Part shown: positions 24,971-38,455 of the stretch, one piece after another
Position numbering within the stretch: the stretch's first letter is position 1
Layout: every line of letters begins with the position of its first letter
Source of the DNA: Squalus acanthias
Lineage: Eukaryota
DNA length: 64,000 nucleotides
Reading direction: 5' to 3'
NCBI GenBank assembly: GCA_030390025.1
Contig: CM059432.1
Span: forward strand, 48,672,001 to 48,736,000
Position numbers and translations under genes: made by a program
The notes under the pieces: model-generated
Told to the model about the DNA's origin: nothing
Seen by the model: the letters and a program-made list of their open reading frames with translations, nothing else
Database searches by the model: none

Positions 24971-25808
24971 TGTCTAGCTTACCCTATCTTTAAAGTTTAA
25001 ATATAAGATTCATGTAGGTGTAGTCAATTCCCTCCAGCTTTAGTAACAAACCTGTACCCATTTACTCTGTGCTGCATTTGGACTCTGCCATCCATTCTAT
25101 TGAATACAAACTGTACTAAAATATTTAAAGATTAAGTAGAGTGTATTCAATAACAAGGAAAGATAATTACTCCCTGAGTTCCATTTAACTTGCAGGTTTA
25201 TTAGCTTAGTTATTTGCTTCTGGTTCACACTAAGGACATATCCACATTCACACTACTCATTCCTTTCATGATTCATGATTTAAAATAAAAATCAGGATCA
25301 TGTTCGTCTTTTCTCTAATGAGGTGAGTTATCTCCCATAACCTCTTTTTCTGCCTCACTGATTTAAAAACTTATTTATTTCAACCCTTTTCAAGCTTGTA
25401 TGTGTTCTGTGTCAGTAGAGTGATCAAAACTAGATTAGACGCTCCATGAGGTAGAAATTATTCTGTATGTTATTTTTAATGATTTGGTTAATGGATTTGG
25501 ATTAATTACTCTGATCAACTATTTTTATAGTCATTGAGCTATCTATTTTAAACAGGTTAATTACTTTGTTAAAGTGCCTGAACAACAATCAACAAAGAAG
25601 ATAGAATGCTGAAAATGATAGCGCATAGGTCAGAAGAAGGCATGCTCAAACTATACAGCGCTCTATGCCCAGTTCTGGTCACTGACACACAGCCTAGAAG
25701 GAGCTATCAACATTAAATATGTTCAATCAATGTAGAGCAGCAATCAACAAAGCTAATGTTGAACTGCCAAAAGAGTAGAATATAAGGAAGAGGAGCAATA
25801 AAGAGATG

Positions 25809-26130
25809 GGCCCCGATTTTAACTCCAGGTGGATTCCCTGCTCAATTAACTGAGTTAAAGCTACAGTCGGGTCTCAATGATGTTATCACGCCATAACATA
25901 CCTATGTAAAGAAGGACCCTGTTGGCTCTGGGCGTGTGTCCCAGGAGAGCAGGTTAAAATTGCAGATGTTGCGATTACCTGCTCTCCTGAGCAGGCAGGA
26001 AGGACACGTGCCCGGAGCCAACAAGGGCAACTTGCGATCATGGCGACTTTCGGACAGGTAAGAGCCAGCGTTATTTTAACTTCCCACCCGCCAGGTATCT
26101 GCTGAGTAAGTAGGGTTAAAATCGCCCCCC
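25809..26130. mobile_element. MITE-like element
   Basis: GGCCCCGATTTTAAC ... GTTAAAATCGCCCCCC termini; internal inverted arms gttggctctgggcgtgtgtcc / ggacacgtgcccggagccaac. Confidence 0.7.
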
Positions 26131-29017
26131 AGTATCAGTAAAAGTGACCATAAAGTTGTCGGGTTGTCATAAAAACCCAGCTGGCTCACCAATGTCCTTT
26201 AGGGAGGAAAACCTGCCGACCTTACCCGATCTGGACTATACGTGACTCCAGTCCCACACCAACGTGGTTGACTCTGAACTGCCCTCTGAAGTGCCTAGAA
26301 AACCACTCAGTTGTATCAAACCACTACAAAGAATAAGGATAAAACCTAATTAGGACAGGATGAGGCACATCCATCCCAGTCAACCCTGGTAAGTCCTCCT
26401 CATTAACAAATGGGGACTGGTGCCAAAGTTGGGAGAGCTGTCCCACAGACTAATCCAGCAACAGCCTTATATAATCATACTCATAGAATCGTAACTATCA
26501 ACCAATGTCCCAGACTCCTCTATCATAATCCCTGCCTATGGCCTGTCCCACTGACAGGACAGATATACCAGAGTTGGGAACAAGTGGTATAATCAGGTGG
26601 AAGTCCTTAACATTGACTCTGGACTGCATGAAGTCTCATGGCTTCAGATCAAACATGATCAAACATGGACAAGCAAATTTCCTACCGCTGTCGATTACCA
26701 CCTACTGCCCTTCCTCAGCTGAGGAATCAGTACTCCTCCATGTTAAACTTGGAGAAAGCACTGAGAGTAGCAAGGGCACAGAATATACTCCGGCTGGTTC
26801 CATCACCAAGAGTGGCTCGGTAGTACCATCACTGACCAAGTCAGCCGGGTCCTGAAGGACACAGCTGCCAGAATGGGCTTGTGGCAGGTGGTGAGAGAAC
26901 CAACACGAGGGAAAATCTATTTGACCTCACCAATCTACCTGCTGCAGCTGAATCTGTTCATGATGATATTAGTAGGCGTGACCACTGCACAGACCAAGTC
27001 CTGTTTTCCCACTGAGAACACCTATTGTGTTGTGTGGCACTACAACCATGCTAAGTGGGTTACAATAAGAACATATCTAGCAGCTCAAAACTGGGCATTA
27101 GCAGCAGCAGAATTGTATTCCACCACAATCTGTAACCTCATGGCCTGGCATATCCCTCACTCCTCCATGATGAACAAGCCAGATGACCAACCCTGTTTCA
27201 ATGAGGGCTGTAGAAGAGCATGCCAGGAATAGCACCAGGCATACCTGAAAATAGGTGCCAACCAGATGAAGCTACAACACAGGACTACATGCATGCTAAA
27301 CAGTGGAAGTAGCTTGTTATAGACAGAGCTAAGCGATCCCACAACCAATGGATCGGGTTATAGCTCTGCTGTCCTGCCACATCTGTCGCGAATGGTGGTG
27401 GACAGTTAAGTAACTAACGGGACGAGGAGGCTCCATGAACAACCCCATCTTCAATGATGGCAGAACCCAGCACGAGTGCAAAAGATAAGACTGAAGTGTT
27501 CGCAACTATCTTCATCCAGAAGTCCCGAGTTGATGATCCCTCTCAGCCTCATCCTGAGGTCTCCACCAACACATATGCCAGTTTTCAGCCAATTCGATTC
27601 ACTCCACGTGATATCAAGAAATGGCTGAGTGCACTGGACACAGCAAAGGCTACGGGTCCCGACAATTTTCCGGCAGTAGTGCTGAAAACCTGTGCTCCAG
27701 AATTAGCTGAGCCTCTAGCCACACTATTCAGTATGGCTACAACACTGGCATCTACTTGACAATGTGGAAAATTGCCCAGGTATGTCCTGTCCACAAAAAG
27801 AACAAATCCAATCCGGCCAATTACCACCCTTTCAGCCTACTCTCAATCATCTGCAAAGCGATTGGAGGTGGCGTTGACAGTGCTATCAAGTGGCACTTAC
27901 TCACCAATAACCTGCTCACTGATACTCAGTCTGGGTTCCACCTGGACCACTTGGCTCTAGAACTCATTACAGCCTTGGTCAAAACATGGATATAAGAGAT
28001 GAATTCCAGAGGTCAAGTGAGAGTGACTGGCCTTGTTATCTTCGAAGGAAAATGGTTGTGGTTGTTAGAGGCCAATCATCTCCAGGATATCGCTGCAGGA
28101 GTAATTCAGGATAGTATCTGAGGCCTAACCATCTTCAGCTGGTTCATGAATGAAATTTTTGCATCATAAGGTCAGAAGTGGGGTTGTTTGCTGATGATTG
28201 CACAGTATTCAGCTCCATTTGCAATTCCATTCACAGTCCATACTCACATGCAGCAAGACCTGGACAACATCCAGGCTTGGGCTCTTAAGTAGCAAGTAAC
28301 ATTCGTGTCACACATGTGCCAGGCAATGACTATCTCCAACAAGACAGATTCTAACCACTTCCCCTTGACATTCAATGGCATTACCATTGCCGAATCCTCC
28401 ACAATCAACATCTTGGGGGGTAACCATTGATCAGAAACTCAACTGGACCAGCCACATAAATGCTATGACTACTACAGCAGGTCAGAGGTTGGGTATCTTG
28501 CGGTGAGTGGCTCACCTCCTGACTCCTCAAAGCCTCTCCATCACCTACAAGGCACAAGTCAGGAGTATGATGGAATGTTCTCCATTTGCCTGGCTGGGTG
28601 CAGCTGCAACAACATTCAAGAAGCTCAACACCATCCAGGACAAAGCAGTCTGCTTGATCGGCACCCCATCCACCAGCTTAAAAGTACACTCCCTCCACCA
28701 TGGCTACAGTGTGTACTATCCATAGGATGCACTGTAGCAAGTTGGCAAGGCTTCCTCGGCAGCCCCTCCTAAACCCATGACCTCCACCACCTAGAAAGAC
28801 AAGGGCAGCAGGCACATGGGAAAACCACCACCTCCAAGTTCCCCTCAAAGTCACAGACCAACCCAACTTATACATATCGCTGTGTCAAATTCCTGGAACT
28901 CCCTATCTAACAGCATTACGAGAGTACCTTCACCACATTTACTGCAGCGGTTCAAGAAGAAGGCCTACCACCTTCCCAAGGGCAACTAGAGATGGCCAAT
29001 AAATGGTGCCCTTGCTG
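26131..29017 (+). mobile_element. ORF1-less CR1-clade LINE, older degraded copy lacking the tRNA-like head
   Basis: Colinear with 30820-33860; KATGPDNFPAVVLKTCAPEL and TYKAQVRSMMECSP fragments. Confidence 0.88.
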
Positions 29018-29672
29018 AATGATTACATTTTAAAGCAGGGATTCACATAAATGGCATTTGGTGCTCTTGTGAATTTATTATATGATCTGGTACACAAATA
29101 AAGGAGTATATTTCAATCTTCAACGTTCCTGTTGCAGAGCTTCACATGGCAGGGGTACATATCAAGTTTCAGGTCATCTACCCTCATGACTTTCTGTCCT
29201 TTGCAATTAGCAGAGTAAATCAATATGTTCTTCTTGCACAGATCATTGTGTAGGAAGCGCTGAAAACAAAAAATTACCCCATAGAGAACAGATTACACGG
29301 TACTTCAAGATACATACACTGAGGGTCCAACACAGTTCCGCAGATTTGGCTAGTATTACTTACAGAGCTTTGTTCATTCCTTGGCATGCAGCTTTAGTCA
29401 ACTGAGGGTGCAGTGGCAGAGGAGGCTCATGAGTACGGAATGTGGGGCAGTGCAAGGTTTGTGTGGTAGATTTATTAAATATAATTAATGAATTGACTAT
29501 AAAATCCCACTTCTTATACATCTGGTTCAGTATCGATCTAATACCCGTAAATCCTGTACAAACCACCAAATGGTCCTCCACTGGTGGAAATACCCCAGAA
29601 TGCTTTACGCTATTGCATCTATGCTGATATATCTAACCACTTTTAGTAAGTGCAGCATCTGTTAAATCCTAA

Positions 29673-30525
29673 GGGGGAAAAATTCAGTTGGTTGCTCCTC
29701 CCGTTAGTGCCTTAAGAGGGCAGTAATGGGGAGCAAAACAACTGGCGCCCGGGCGCGGTGATGTTTGCGCCGCTTGCGAAATTAACTAGACATTTTGCGG
29801 CGGCGTTAAACACTACCGCCATGATCTCCTGTGCCGGCAGATCGTGACATCAGTCGAGTAGCGCCCCGGAGCGGATATTGAGTGCCCCCTGCCTTACCGC
29901 CTGCCGCTAGCAACGACAGGTTGAGGAGAGCGTTTTGCAGTCAGGAAGGAACTGGGGGAGCGCTATTTAAAGGCGAACGCTTCCTGCCTTTTTTTGTTGG
30001 TGACATTTTTGCACCACGCATTCTGGAGAGATTCAACACTGTGTGAAGGAGTTTTGGGTACTGAGCAGCACTTTGCAGGTTTATTTTGATTTGCCCTTCC
30101 TTGCATCTATTTAGAAGAGACTGTGGGGGCTGCACTCTGAGCTCTTTCCCTGGTTCTCTCCATTGTTCTTTCCAGCAGATTTGATGTACAGGTCTCTCCA
30201 TGCCGCGATTCAAGGCTGCAATGAGCAGGATGTGGATGGAGAGCAAGATCAACCCTCCCCTTTAAGAACTGGCCGGCGCCATTGTGTGTGTGTTCCATTG
30301 CTGACTGACATCACATGAGCTTCGCCAGCGCTCTGAGGTAGCGCCTCGCTCCTCGGCCTTTGTGCCTTAAGACAGGTGTGAAGTGCCTGATTTAGCGCTC
30401 CAGTCACCTCCAGGGGCGATAAAAGCCAAGTTTGCAGTCAGAGGCGATAATTAGCGCCAGGCGCTAATCTTTGCGCCCGGCTGATAATTGCGCCCCAAAT
30501 GGGGCGATACTGATATTTTTCCCCC
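29673..30525. mobile_element. PIF/Harbinger MITE family 1, diverged copy C
   Basis: Colinear with 6251-7144; TSD TAA/GAA (1 mismatch). Confidence 0.88.
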
Positions 30526-30687
30526 GAAGAGTTTAATCCAATCCATTTCTGTTCATTTACATCAATACACTTCAAAGCCCTTCTAACACACAGAGGATGA
30601 TTTGAGAAAAAAAGCTTGTAGTGGACTGTAATAACATAAAATGTCAGTTATTAAATAAATGCAGCAACTTTGGTTGCATGCTTTAAG

Positions 30688-33600
30688 GGAATGGTAGCAT
30701 AGTGGTTATGTTCCTGGACTAGTAATTCAGAGGCCTGGATTAATGATCCGCAGACGTGAGTTCAAATCCCACCACGGCAGCTGGGGAATTTAAATTCAAT
30801 TAAATAATTCTGGAATAAAAAGCTAGCATCAGGAATGGTGACCACGAAACTATCGGATTGTCGTAAAAAACCATCTAGTTCACTACTGTCCTTTAGGGAA
30901 GGAAATCTGCCGTCCTTACCTGGTCTGACCTATATGTGACTCCAGACCCACAGCAATGTGGTTGACTCTTAACTGCCCTCTGAAATGGCCTAGCAAGCCA
31001 CTCAGTTGTAAAAAAACTGGGACAAAAAACAATAAGAATATAAGACCACCTGGCATCGACCTCGGCACACCCAGCCTAGTCAACCCTGCAAAGTCCTCCT
31101 CACCAACATCTGGGGACGTGTGCCAAAGAGCTGTCCCACAGACTAGTCAAGCAACAGCCTGACATAGTCATACTCACAGATGTCAGCCAATGTCCCAAAC
31201 TGCTCCATCACCATCCCTGGGTATGTCCTGTCCCACAGGCAGGACAGATCTACCAGGGGTGGCGGCACAGTGGTATACAGTCGGGAAGGAGTCCTCAACC
31301 TTGACTCCAGGCTCCATGAAGTCTCATGTCAAACATGGGCACGGAAACCACCTACCGCCCTCCCTCAGCTGATGAATCAGTACTCTTCCGTGTTGAACAC
31401 CACTTGGAAGAAGCACTGAGAGTAGCAAGGGTACAGAATGTACTCTGGGTGGGAGACTTCAATGTCCATCACCAAGAGTGGCTCGGTAGCACCGCTGCTG
31501 GCCGAGTCCTGAAGGACATAGCTACCAGTCTGGGCCTGCGACAGGTGGTGAGAGAACCAACACGAGGGAAAAACCTACTTGACCTCATCCTCACCAATCT
31601 ACCTGTCACAGATGCATCTGTCCATGACAGCATTGGTAGCAGTGACCACCGCACAGTCCTTGTAGAGACGCAGTCCCGTTTTCACACTGAGGACACCCTC
31701 CATCGTGTTGTGTGGAACTACCACCATGCTAAATGGGATAGATTTAGAACAGATCTAGCAGCAGCTCAAAACTGGGCATCCATGAGGCGCTGTGGGGCAG
31801 CAGCAGAATTGTATTCCACCACAATCTGTAACCTCATGGCCTGGCATATCCCTCATTCTACCATTAACCAGTAGGCCAGGGGACTAACCCTGGTTCAATA
31901 AGGAGTGTAGAAGAGCATGCCAGGAGCAGCACCAGGCGTATCTAAAAATGCGGTGCCAACCTGGGGAAGCTGTAACACAGGACTACATGCATGCTAAACA
32001 GTGGATGCAGCATGCTATAGACAGAGCTAAGCGATCAACCATTTAGATCAAAGCTCTGCAGTCGTGAATGGTGGTGGACCATTAAACAACTAATGGGAGG
32101 AGGAGGGTCCATGAAAATCGCCATCCTCAATGATGGTGGAGCCCAGCACGCGAGTGCAAAAGACAAGGCATTTGCAACCATCTTCAGCCAGAAGTGCTGA
32201 GTGGATGATCCATATCGGCCTCCTCCTGAGGTCCCCACCACCACAGAAGCCAGTTTTCAGCCAATTCGATTCACTCCACGTGATATCAAGAAACGGCTGG
32301 GCGCACTGGATACAGCAAAGGCTATGGGCCCCGACAACATCCGGCTGTCGTGCTGAAGACTTGTGCTCCAGAACTAGCCGCGCCTCTAGCCACGTTGTTG
32401 CAGTACAGTTATAACACTGGCAACTATCCGACAATGTGGAAAACTGCCCAGGTATGTCTTGTCCAGAAAAAGTAGGACAAATCCAATCGAGCCAATTACT
32501 GCCCCATCAGTCTACTCTCAATCATCAGCAAAGTGATGGAAGGTGTCGTCGACAGTGCTATCATGCGGCACTTACTCACCAATAGCCTGCTCACTGATGC
32601 CCAGTTTGGGTTCCTGCCAGGACCACTCGGCTCCAGACCTCATTACATCCTTGGTCCAAACATGGACAAAAGAGCTGAATTCTAGAGGTGAGGTGAGAGC
32701 GACTGCCCTTGACATCAAGGCAGCATTTGACCAAGTGTGGCATCAAGGAGCCCTAGTAAAACTGAGGTAAATGGGAATCGGGGTGAAAACTCTCCACTGG
32801 CTGGTGTCATACCTAGCACAAAGGAAGATGGTTGTGGTGGTTCGAGGTCAATCATCACAGCCCCAGGATATCGCTGCAGGAGTTCCACAGGGCAGTGTCC
32901 TAGGCCCAACCATCTTCAGCTGCTTCATCAATGACCTTCCCTCCATCATATGGTCAGAAGTGAGGATGTTCGCTGATGACTGTACAGTGTTCAGTGCCAT
33001 CCACAAATCCTCAGATAATGAAGCCGTCCATGCCCGCATGCAGCAAGACCTGGACAACATTCAGGCTTGGGCTGATAAGTGGCAGGTAATATTCACGCCA
33101 CACAAGTGCCAGGCAATGACTATCTCCAACAAGTGAGCGTCTAACCACCGCCCCTTGACATTCAATGACATTACCATCGCCGAATCCCCCACCATCAATA
33201 TCCTGGGCGTCACCATTGACCAGAAGCTTAACTGGATCAGCCACATAAATACTGTGGCAACAAGAGCGGGTCAGAGGCTGGGTATTCTGCAGCGAGTGTC
33301 TCACCTCCTGCCTTTCCACCATCTACAAGGCACAAGTCAGGAGTGTGATGGAATACTCTCCACTTGCCTGGATGAGTGCAGCTCCAACAACACTGAAGAA
33401 GCTCGACACCATCCAGGACAAAGCAGCCCGCTTGATTGGCACGCCATCCACCACCTTAAACATTCACTCCCTCCACCACCAGTGCAATGTTGCTGCAGTA
33501 TGTGCCATCTACAAGATGCACTGCAGCAGCTCACCAAGGCTTCTTCAGCAGCACCTTCTAAACCAGCGACCTCTACTACCTAGAAAGACAAAGGCAGCAG

Positions 33601-33863
33601 GCGCATGGGAACACCACCACCTCCAAGTTCCCCTCCAAGTCACACACCATCCTGACTTAGAAGTATGCGGCCGTTCCTTCATCGTCACTGGGACAAAGTC
33701 CTGGAACTCCCTCCCTAACAGCACTGTGGGAGTACCTTCACCACAGGGACTGAAGCTGTTCAAGAAGGCGGCTCACCACCACCTTCTCAAGGGCAACTAG
33801 AGATGGGCAATAAATGCTGCCCTTGCCAGCGACGCCCACATCCCATGAACGAATAAAAAAAAA
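30688..33863 (+). mobile_element. Near full-length ORF1-less APE-RT LINE (CR1 clade, Zenon-like by inference) with tRNA-like 5' head
   Basis: Pol III A/B boxes at ~30695-30770, then a single broken ORF: VGDFNVHH, PTRGKNLLDLILTN, SDH (APE); ALDIKAAFD, GVPQGSVLGP, FADD (RT); AATAAA and A-rich tail. Confidence 0.9.
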
Positions 33864-33940
33864 TTAAAAGAGGTTACTAAATGTATTTGTTTAAATGGAT
33901 TGTATGCTGTAAAGGAATAGCCCCTCTTTGTAGACACATA

Positions 33941-34568
33941 GTGGCAATTTTTGCCTGCTTGCCACCACCTCTTTCATGCTGAACAACGGGTCAGAAGGCA
34001 GATGAAACTGTTTTTAAAAAAAACGACTACCCACTGGCTGTCTAAGTCCCGCCAGATTTGATTTTTGAGAGGGCCTCAAAATGGGTGGCCAGTGCTTCCC
34101 ACCAAAACAAGCCGGAGCCTTGTTAAAACATTTAAATCGGGGCTCTGTACAGATGGTAGGGCCCTGACACAACTTTCAGTTACCAATGAGACAGTGATAC
34201 TGGATGTAGAGCAGCCGAGGCAGGTTTCCTTAAAGGAACCACTGGAGGCTGCTCCAGAAACATTGCAGCAATTTTTCCAAATGATTTCTATGGGGCCAGT
34301 TGCCAATTCTTCTGTGCATGCCGACCCCCTCCCCCCTCCACCAACTCCCTTTACATGAATACTTCTGGCTTGGTTCCATGGAGACCCGCCAGCCTACCCT
34401 CCCTCTCCCGATTCATGAGCCACCTGTCAGCACTCAGAGAGCGCTGCCAGCTCGCTAATCACATTCAAATGAGGCCCTACCATGAAAATGATCGGACCTC
34501 TTGCTCGTGGCATTGAGTGAGCAGTGCGAGGGCTCTGCCCACTGTGCTAGCAATGAAAATCTGCTCCA
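33941..34568. mobile_element. Degraded MITE-like element
   Basis: GC-richer island bounded by gtggcaattttt ... gaaaatctgctcc; weak TIR only. Confidence 0.35.
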
Positions 34569-35132
34569 CTGAAATTATACAAAAACTAAAGATGCTAAAC
34601 CATTATATAATACATTTTTCTCACAAAGTAGATGTTGACAATTATTCTTACATGTAATGTTTAAAATTGAAGATTCATTTCAAAGCAGTCCTGCTGTGCA
34701 GAACAATGTGATCAAGGCTGCTTCAGTTAATGTGGCTGGGAACTGGACTGAACAGCTATAGGTCTCAGTATGAAATATGATAGGTCAAAAATATTCGATT
34801 GTACAAGAGTTCCAGTTATAAAAAAACAGATCTATTTAACATGCTCAATTCAGTGTCTTTTTGAAGGAATTTAATACATAGCAGCAGGATCATAAACTGA
34901 TGAACTATCTGCCTGTAGCACTAATCCGAAATACTTCAAAGACTGAATTAGTAATATAACAGTACCAAAATGACATTGTAACATAATTAAAAAGCTGAAA
35001 GTGTATTGTTACAAAATACTACTAGTCACCTTGACTTAACCTGATTTGAAGTCTGAGGTTTTGAATATTGTTAATAGTTATTTGCACTTAACATAAATTA
35101 GGCAGGAAACCAACCTTATCTATTTGAATCAG

Positions 35133-35171
35133 TTACTGTGTATCCTCCATGTCTGATACATGATTCTCATT
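35133..35171 (-). CDS. RALYL: RALYL last coding exon (NENHVSDMEDTQ*)
   Basis: Polypyrimidine tract plus tttcag acceptor, phase 0 matching the upstream exon, 13 codons ending TAA. Confidence 0.8.
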   Translation of the reverse strand, partial: NENHVSDMEDTQ

Positions 35172-36950
35172 CTGAAAGTAACAGAATAAACAGAATTCAT
35201 TAGACAAAAAGAAAAAGTAACCAGAGAAGGATTATTGGCAATAGGGAAGGCCAATTTATTTAGTGTTCCATCAACGTCACTTTTGTGATCAGTTACAAAG
35301 CATCACAATTATTTTTGCTGATTTTTTCCATCATTATTGAAACAATCAGTGCTGAGATTACTGGGAGAAGTGCCTTGGAAGAAAAACTAAAGCTGACAGA
35401 GAGATAGAGCTGAATTAACACGCACAGGTGAAATGACAAGAGTTTGAAGTATTCAGATTAAGAGGGGGCTGCTGTTGCTTTGAGGATGTTATTTCAATTG
35501 CTTGATGGTGAAAGAGTCCAGCATTTTTCTGTCTTAATGTCATGCATAAGTGACACAATGACATTTTCAAAATGCCAAGAACATAATCAACATTATCACA
35601 GTATGTGCTTATACACAGAGGGAAAGATTTTCCTAAGAACTCTGCTGTATATTGAGTGTATCTCTGCAGATGTTTAGTCATCTCTTATTCTTCAGTATAC
35701 TAATGATTGCTACCTGCAGAAACTCCATAGCACAAATGTTCATCTTAACCGTGGGGTTTGCAAGGAGACTTATTTATGTAAGCAAAAGTTCCATTTCGAT
35801 ATGCTATAATGTCATTAAATGAGCCCATTATCCTTAATTAACCTTTAGAAATACATTGATCATCCTTTAATATATAAAATTTTCAAAAATGTGAACGATG
35901 TGGAAAATTAAATAACTTTCGAGCATTATAGTTTCAGAGAGTACATTAAAAATCCTGCACATGAATGCAGAGTTCAGAACTATAGTAAACCAGGTTAGTT
36001 GGTTTAATATATTGTACAGTGATACTGCAACTGTTGATCTCATATCAGTACTGTGTGTAGAGTGGTGTGCACAGACATTGCAGCTATACTACCTGCTCAC
36101 GTCACTTTCTAATCAGGGAAAGTGAAGCTCTGTGCATGTAGACTTAAAAACATTCACCGCGCTCCGCTGGCTAGCCTCTGAATGCTGGTAGCACTTTGAA
36201 TGTTAAAAAAGAGATCATGGGACATGTAAAGGCAGTCCAGCAGATCAGCATTCCTTTTAAACTTTAACTGTTAAGTTTAAAATGTTGGCTTCATGCTGCC
36301 TCAGTTCTACTTTTGCAGGTGGTCCCACATCTGATACAAAAAGCTTACCTAAGTTTTCCATAGAAGGGTGGGCGAGCAGGCTGTGCCAGATATCTGCTGT
36401 TGAGGCTTCCTCTTCCTTTCTTTTTATTTTATAGTCCTCTTCCTTCCCTCTATCTACCCTCCTTGATCCGTTAGATTGATTCTACAGGAAGTGCAGCTTG
36501 CCATTCCTCATCAGTGTCAAAGAAACTGTTCTGCATCTATTCTGTAGCCAACCGAAAAAAAATCTTGCAGCACCATGGGAGTACAATGTGTTAACTTACC
36601 CTGGTTGAAAATATTGCAATTTCAGTGCAGTTTTTATAGGGGTAAATTGCTGACTGTTCCAGCAACTTAGTCTGCCTCTAAACTCCCTAAGGTAATGGCA
36701 ATACTCCTTAAAAAAATACTAAGATATTAACTATCTGACCACATCAAAACTACTGTTGTTCAACGCATGTATCATAATGCAGATGCCACATTCACATATT
36801 GACAATCACGTGTGCCTTCTGCTTCAAAATATTCCAGCATAACTCTTGAGAGTTGACACTGCCAATCCAAATTGAATAATTTAGGAACTAATTATGCAGT
36901 CTTGCAAGAAGATTCATATCATACTGCATGTTAACTCATGCAGATCATAC

Positions 36951-37129
36951 CATCTCATTGCTGCCATCCTCGTCGTAATCTTCTTCTACCCCATCAGTCA
37001 TCTCTTCCCCATCTGCATCAACGTCAGGGCCCCCTTCCACTTGTTCCTCTGTGGAGGTTTCTGCATTCTCTGATATGGATTCCTCATGTGCAGACTCTGA
37101 ATTTTCTTCAAGCTGCTTCTTCTGTGACT
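36951..37129 (-). CDS. RALYL: RALYL penultimate coding exon (acidic C-terminal region)
   Basis: (E)SQKKQLEENSESAHEESISENAETSTEEQVEGGPDVDADGEEMTDGVEEDYDEDGSNEM; ttccatag acceptor (phase 1), gtatga donor (phase 0); resembles vertebrate RALYL. Confidence 0.93.
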
Positions 37130-37289
37130 CTATGGAAAAGGCACAGAAACATCACACCCTATACCTCTGAGATTCTCAGAAGATGCTTCAATGGAATAGA
37201 TAATGGAGTAAAAGCACAGATGGTATGTTGCTGGAGCTTATCTTGATTCTAGATTGATTGATACCAAAGATATACAACAAACAATCAAG

Positions 37290-37515
37290 ATGACATAGTA
37301 TTTACAGCACAGAAACAGGCTATTCAGCCCAACTGATCCATGCTGGTGTTTATGCTCCACACGAGCCTCCTCCCACCTTACTTCATCTAACCCCATTAAC
37401 ATATCCTTCTATTCCTTTCTCCCTCATGTACTTATCCAGCTTCCCCTTAAATGCATCTATGCTATTCGCCTCAACTACTTCATGTGGTAGCAAGTTCCAA
37501 AATTATTCCCCATTT
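37290..37515 (-). mobile_element. CR1 3' end fragment
   Basis: Closely similar to 39711-39945. Confidence 0.75.
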
Positions 37516-37571
37516 GAGTAAAAAAAAGCCGAAGCTGATATCTAACTCTTGATCAATCTATTAATATGTGT

Positions 37572-38338
37572 TGGCTCAGAAATTGGAGTTCGATGGTTGC
37601 CGCGGGGGTAAGGATCCCCCGCGATATCGCACTCCGCGCCTACCTTTATGGTTTTGGCCCACACGAACTTCAGTTCCTGGGCCTCTCCCCTGGTGCCGGC
37701 GCGCAGTGTGTGCGTGTCCCAGAGGCGCAGTTAGTGCGATGCGACCTCTGGGATCACGTGTGCCAGTTAGAGCCAATGGCAGCACACCATCTTTCATTCA
37801 TAGTTTTGACAGCAGGAGCTGTCAAAACTATGAATACAACAAGCCCCCAAAAGAACAGCTAAACCTCAATTAAATTTAAAAAAAAGCCATCACATTAATA
37901 AAATAACTATAGTTAAATAAATTAACCACATTAAAAAAATTTTTAATTTTTGAAAAAATTTAAATTCTTTTTAAAAGTTATAAAAATAAACTTACCTTTC
38001 TTTAAAGTCTCTAAAAAAGATAAACATGTTGAAATTTTTTTAAAATAATACTTAATTAACTACTTACCTTGTTAAAAGGGGGTCTTACGCCTGCTTTCTT
38101 TATATGTAAAATCTTCAACACTTACCTGCGCGTTCAAACCTGAAAAAAAAACTAGGTGTGCTGCGTGCGCGCAACCTGTAGCGCGCACGCGGTTCACTTA
38201 GGAACCGCCCCCTTTGCCATACACGAAGTGCCGGTTTCCCGCGCATGCACAGTGCATGCAGGAAACCGGCACTTCGGGACCTAATACGCGAGAGTACACA
38301 GTGCGTACTCTCCCGCATTAGGTCTAATTTTTGGGCCA
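37572..38338. mobile_element. MITE with AT-rich core and palindromic subtermini (Harbinger-like termini)
   Basis: TGGCTCAGAAATT / AATTTTTGGGCCA TIR; hairpins at 38225-38276 and 38282-38320. Confidence 0.75.
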
Positions 38339-38455
38339 TTATGTCTGAAGTGATTTTCCATTACTGCATGGAAACAATCTGCAGAATATGTCCAGAAGTA
38401 CTTTAATTAATAAAAGTTAGATATCTGTAATATGGGATGTGAATAAGAAACTATA

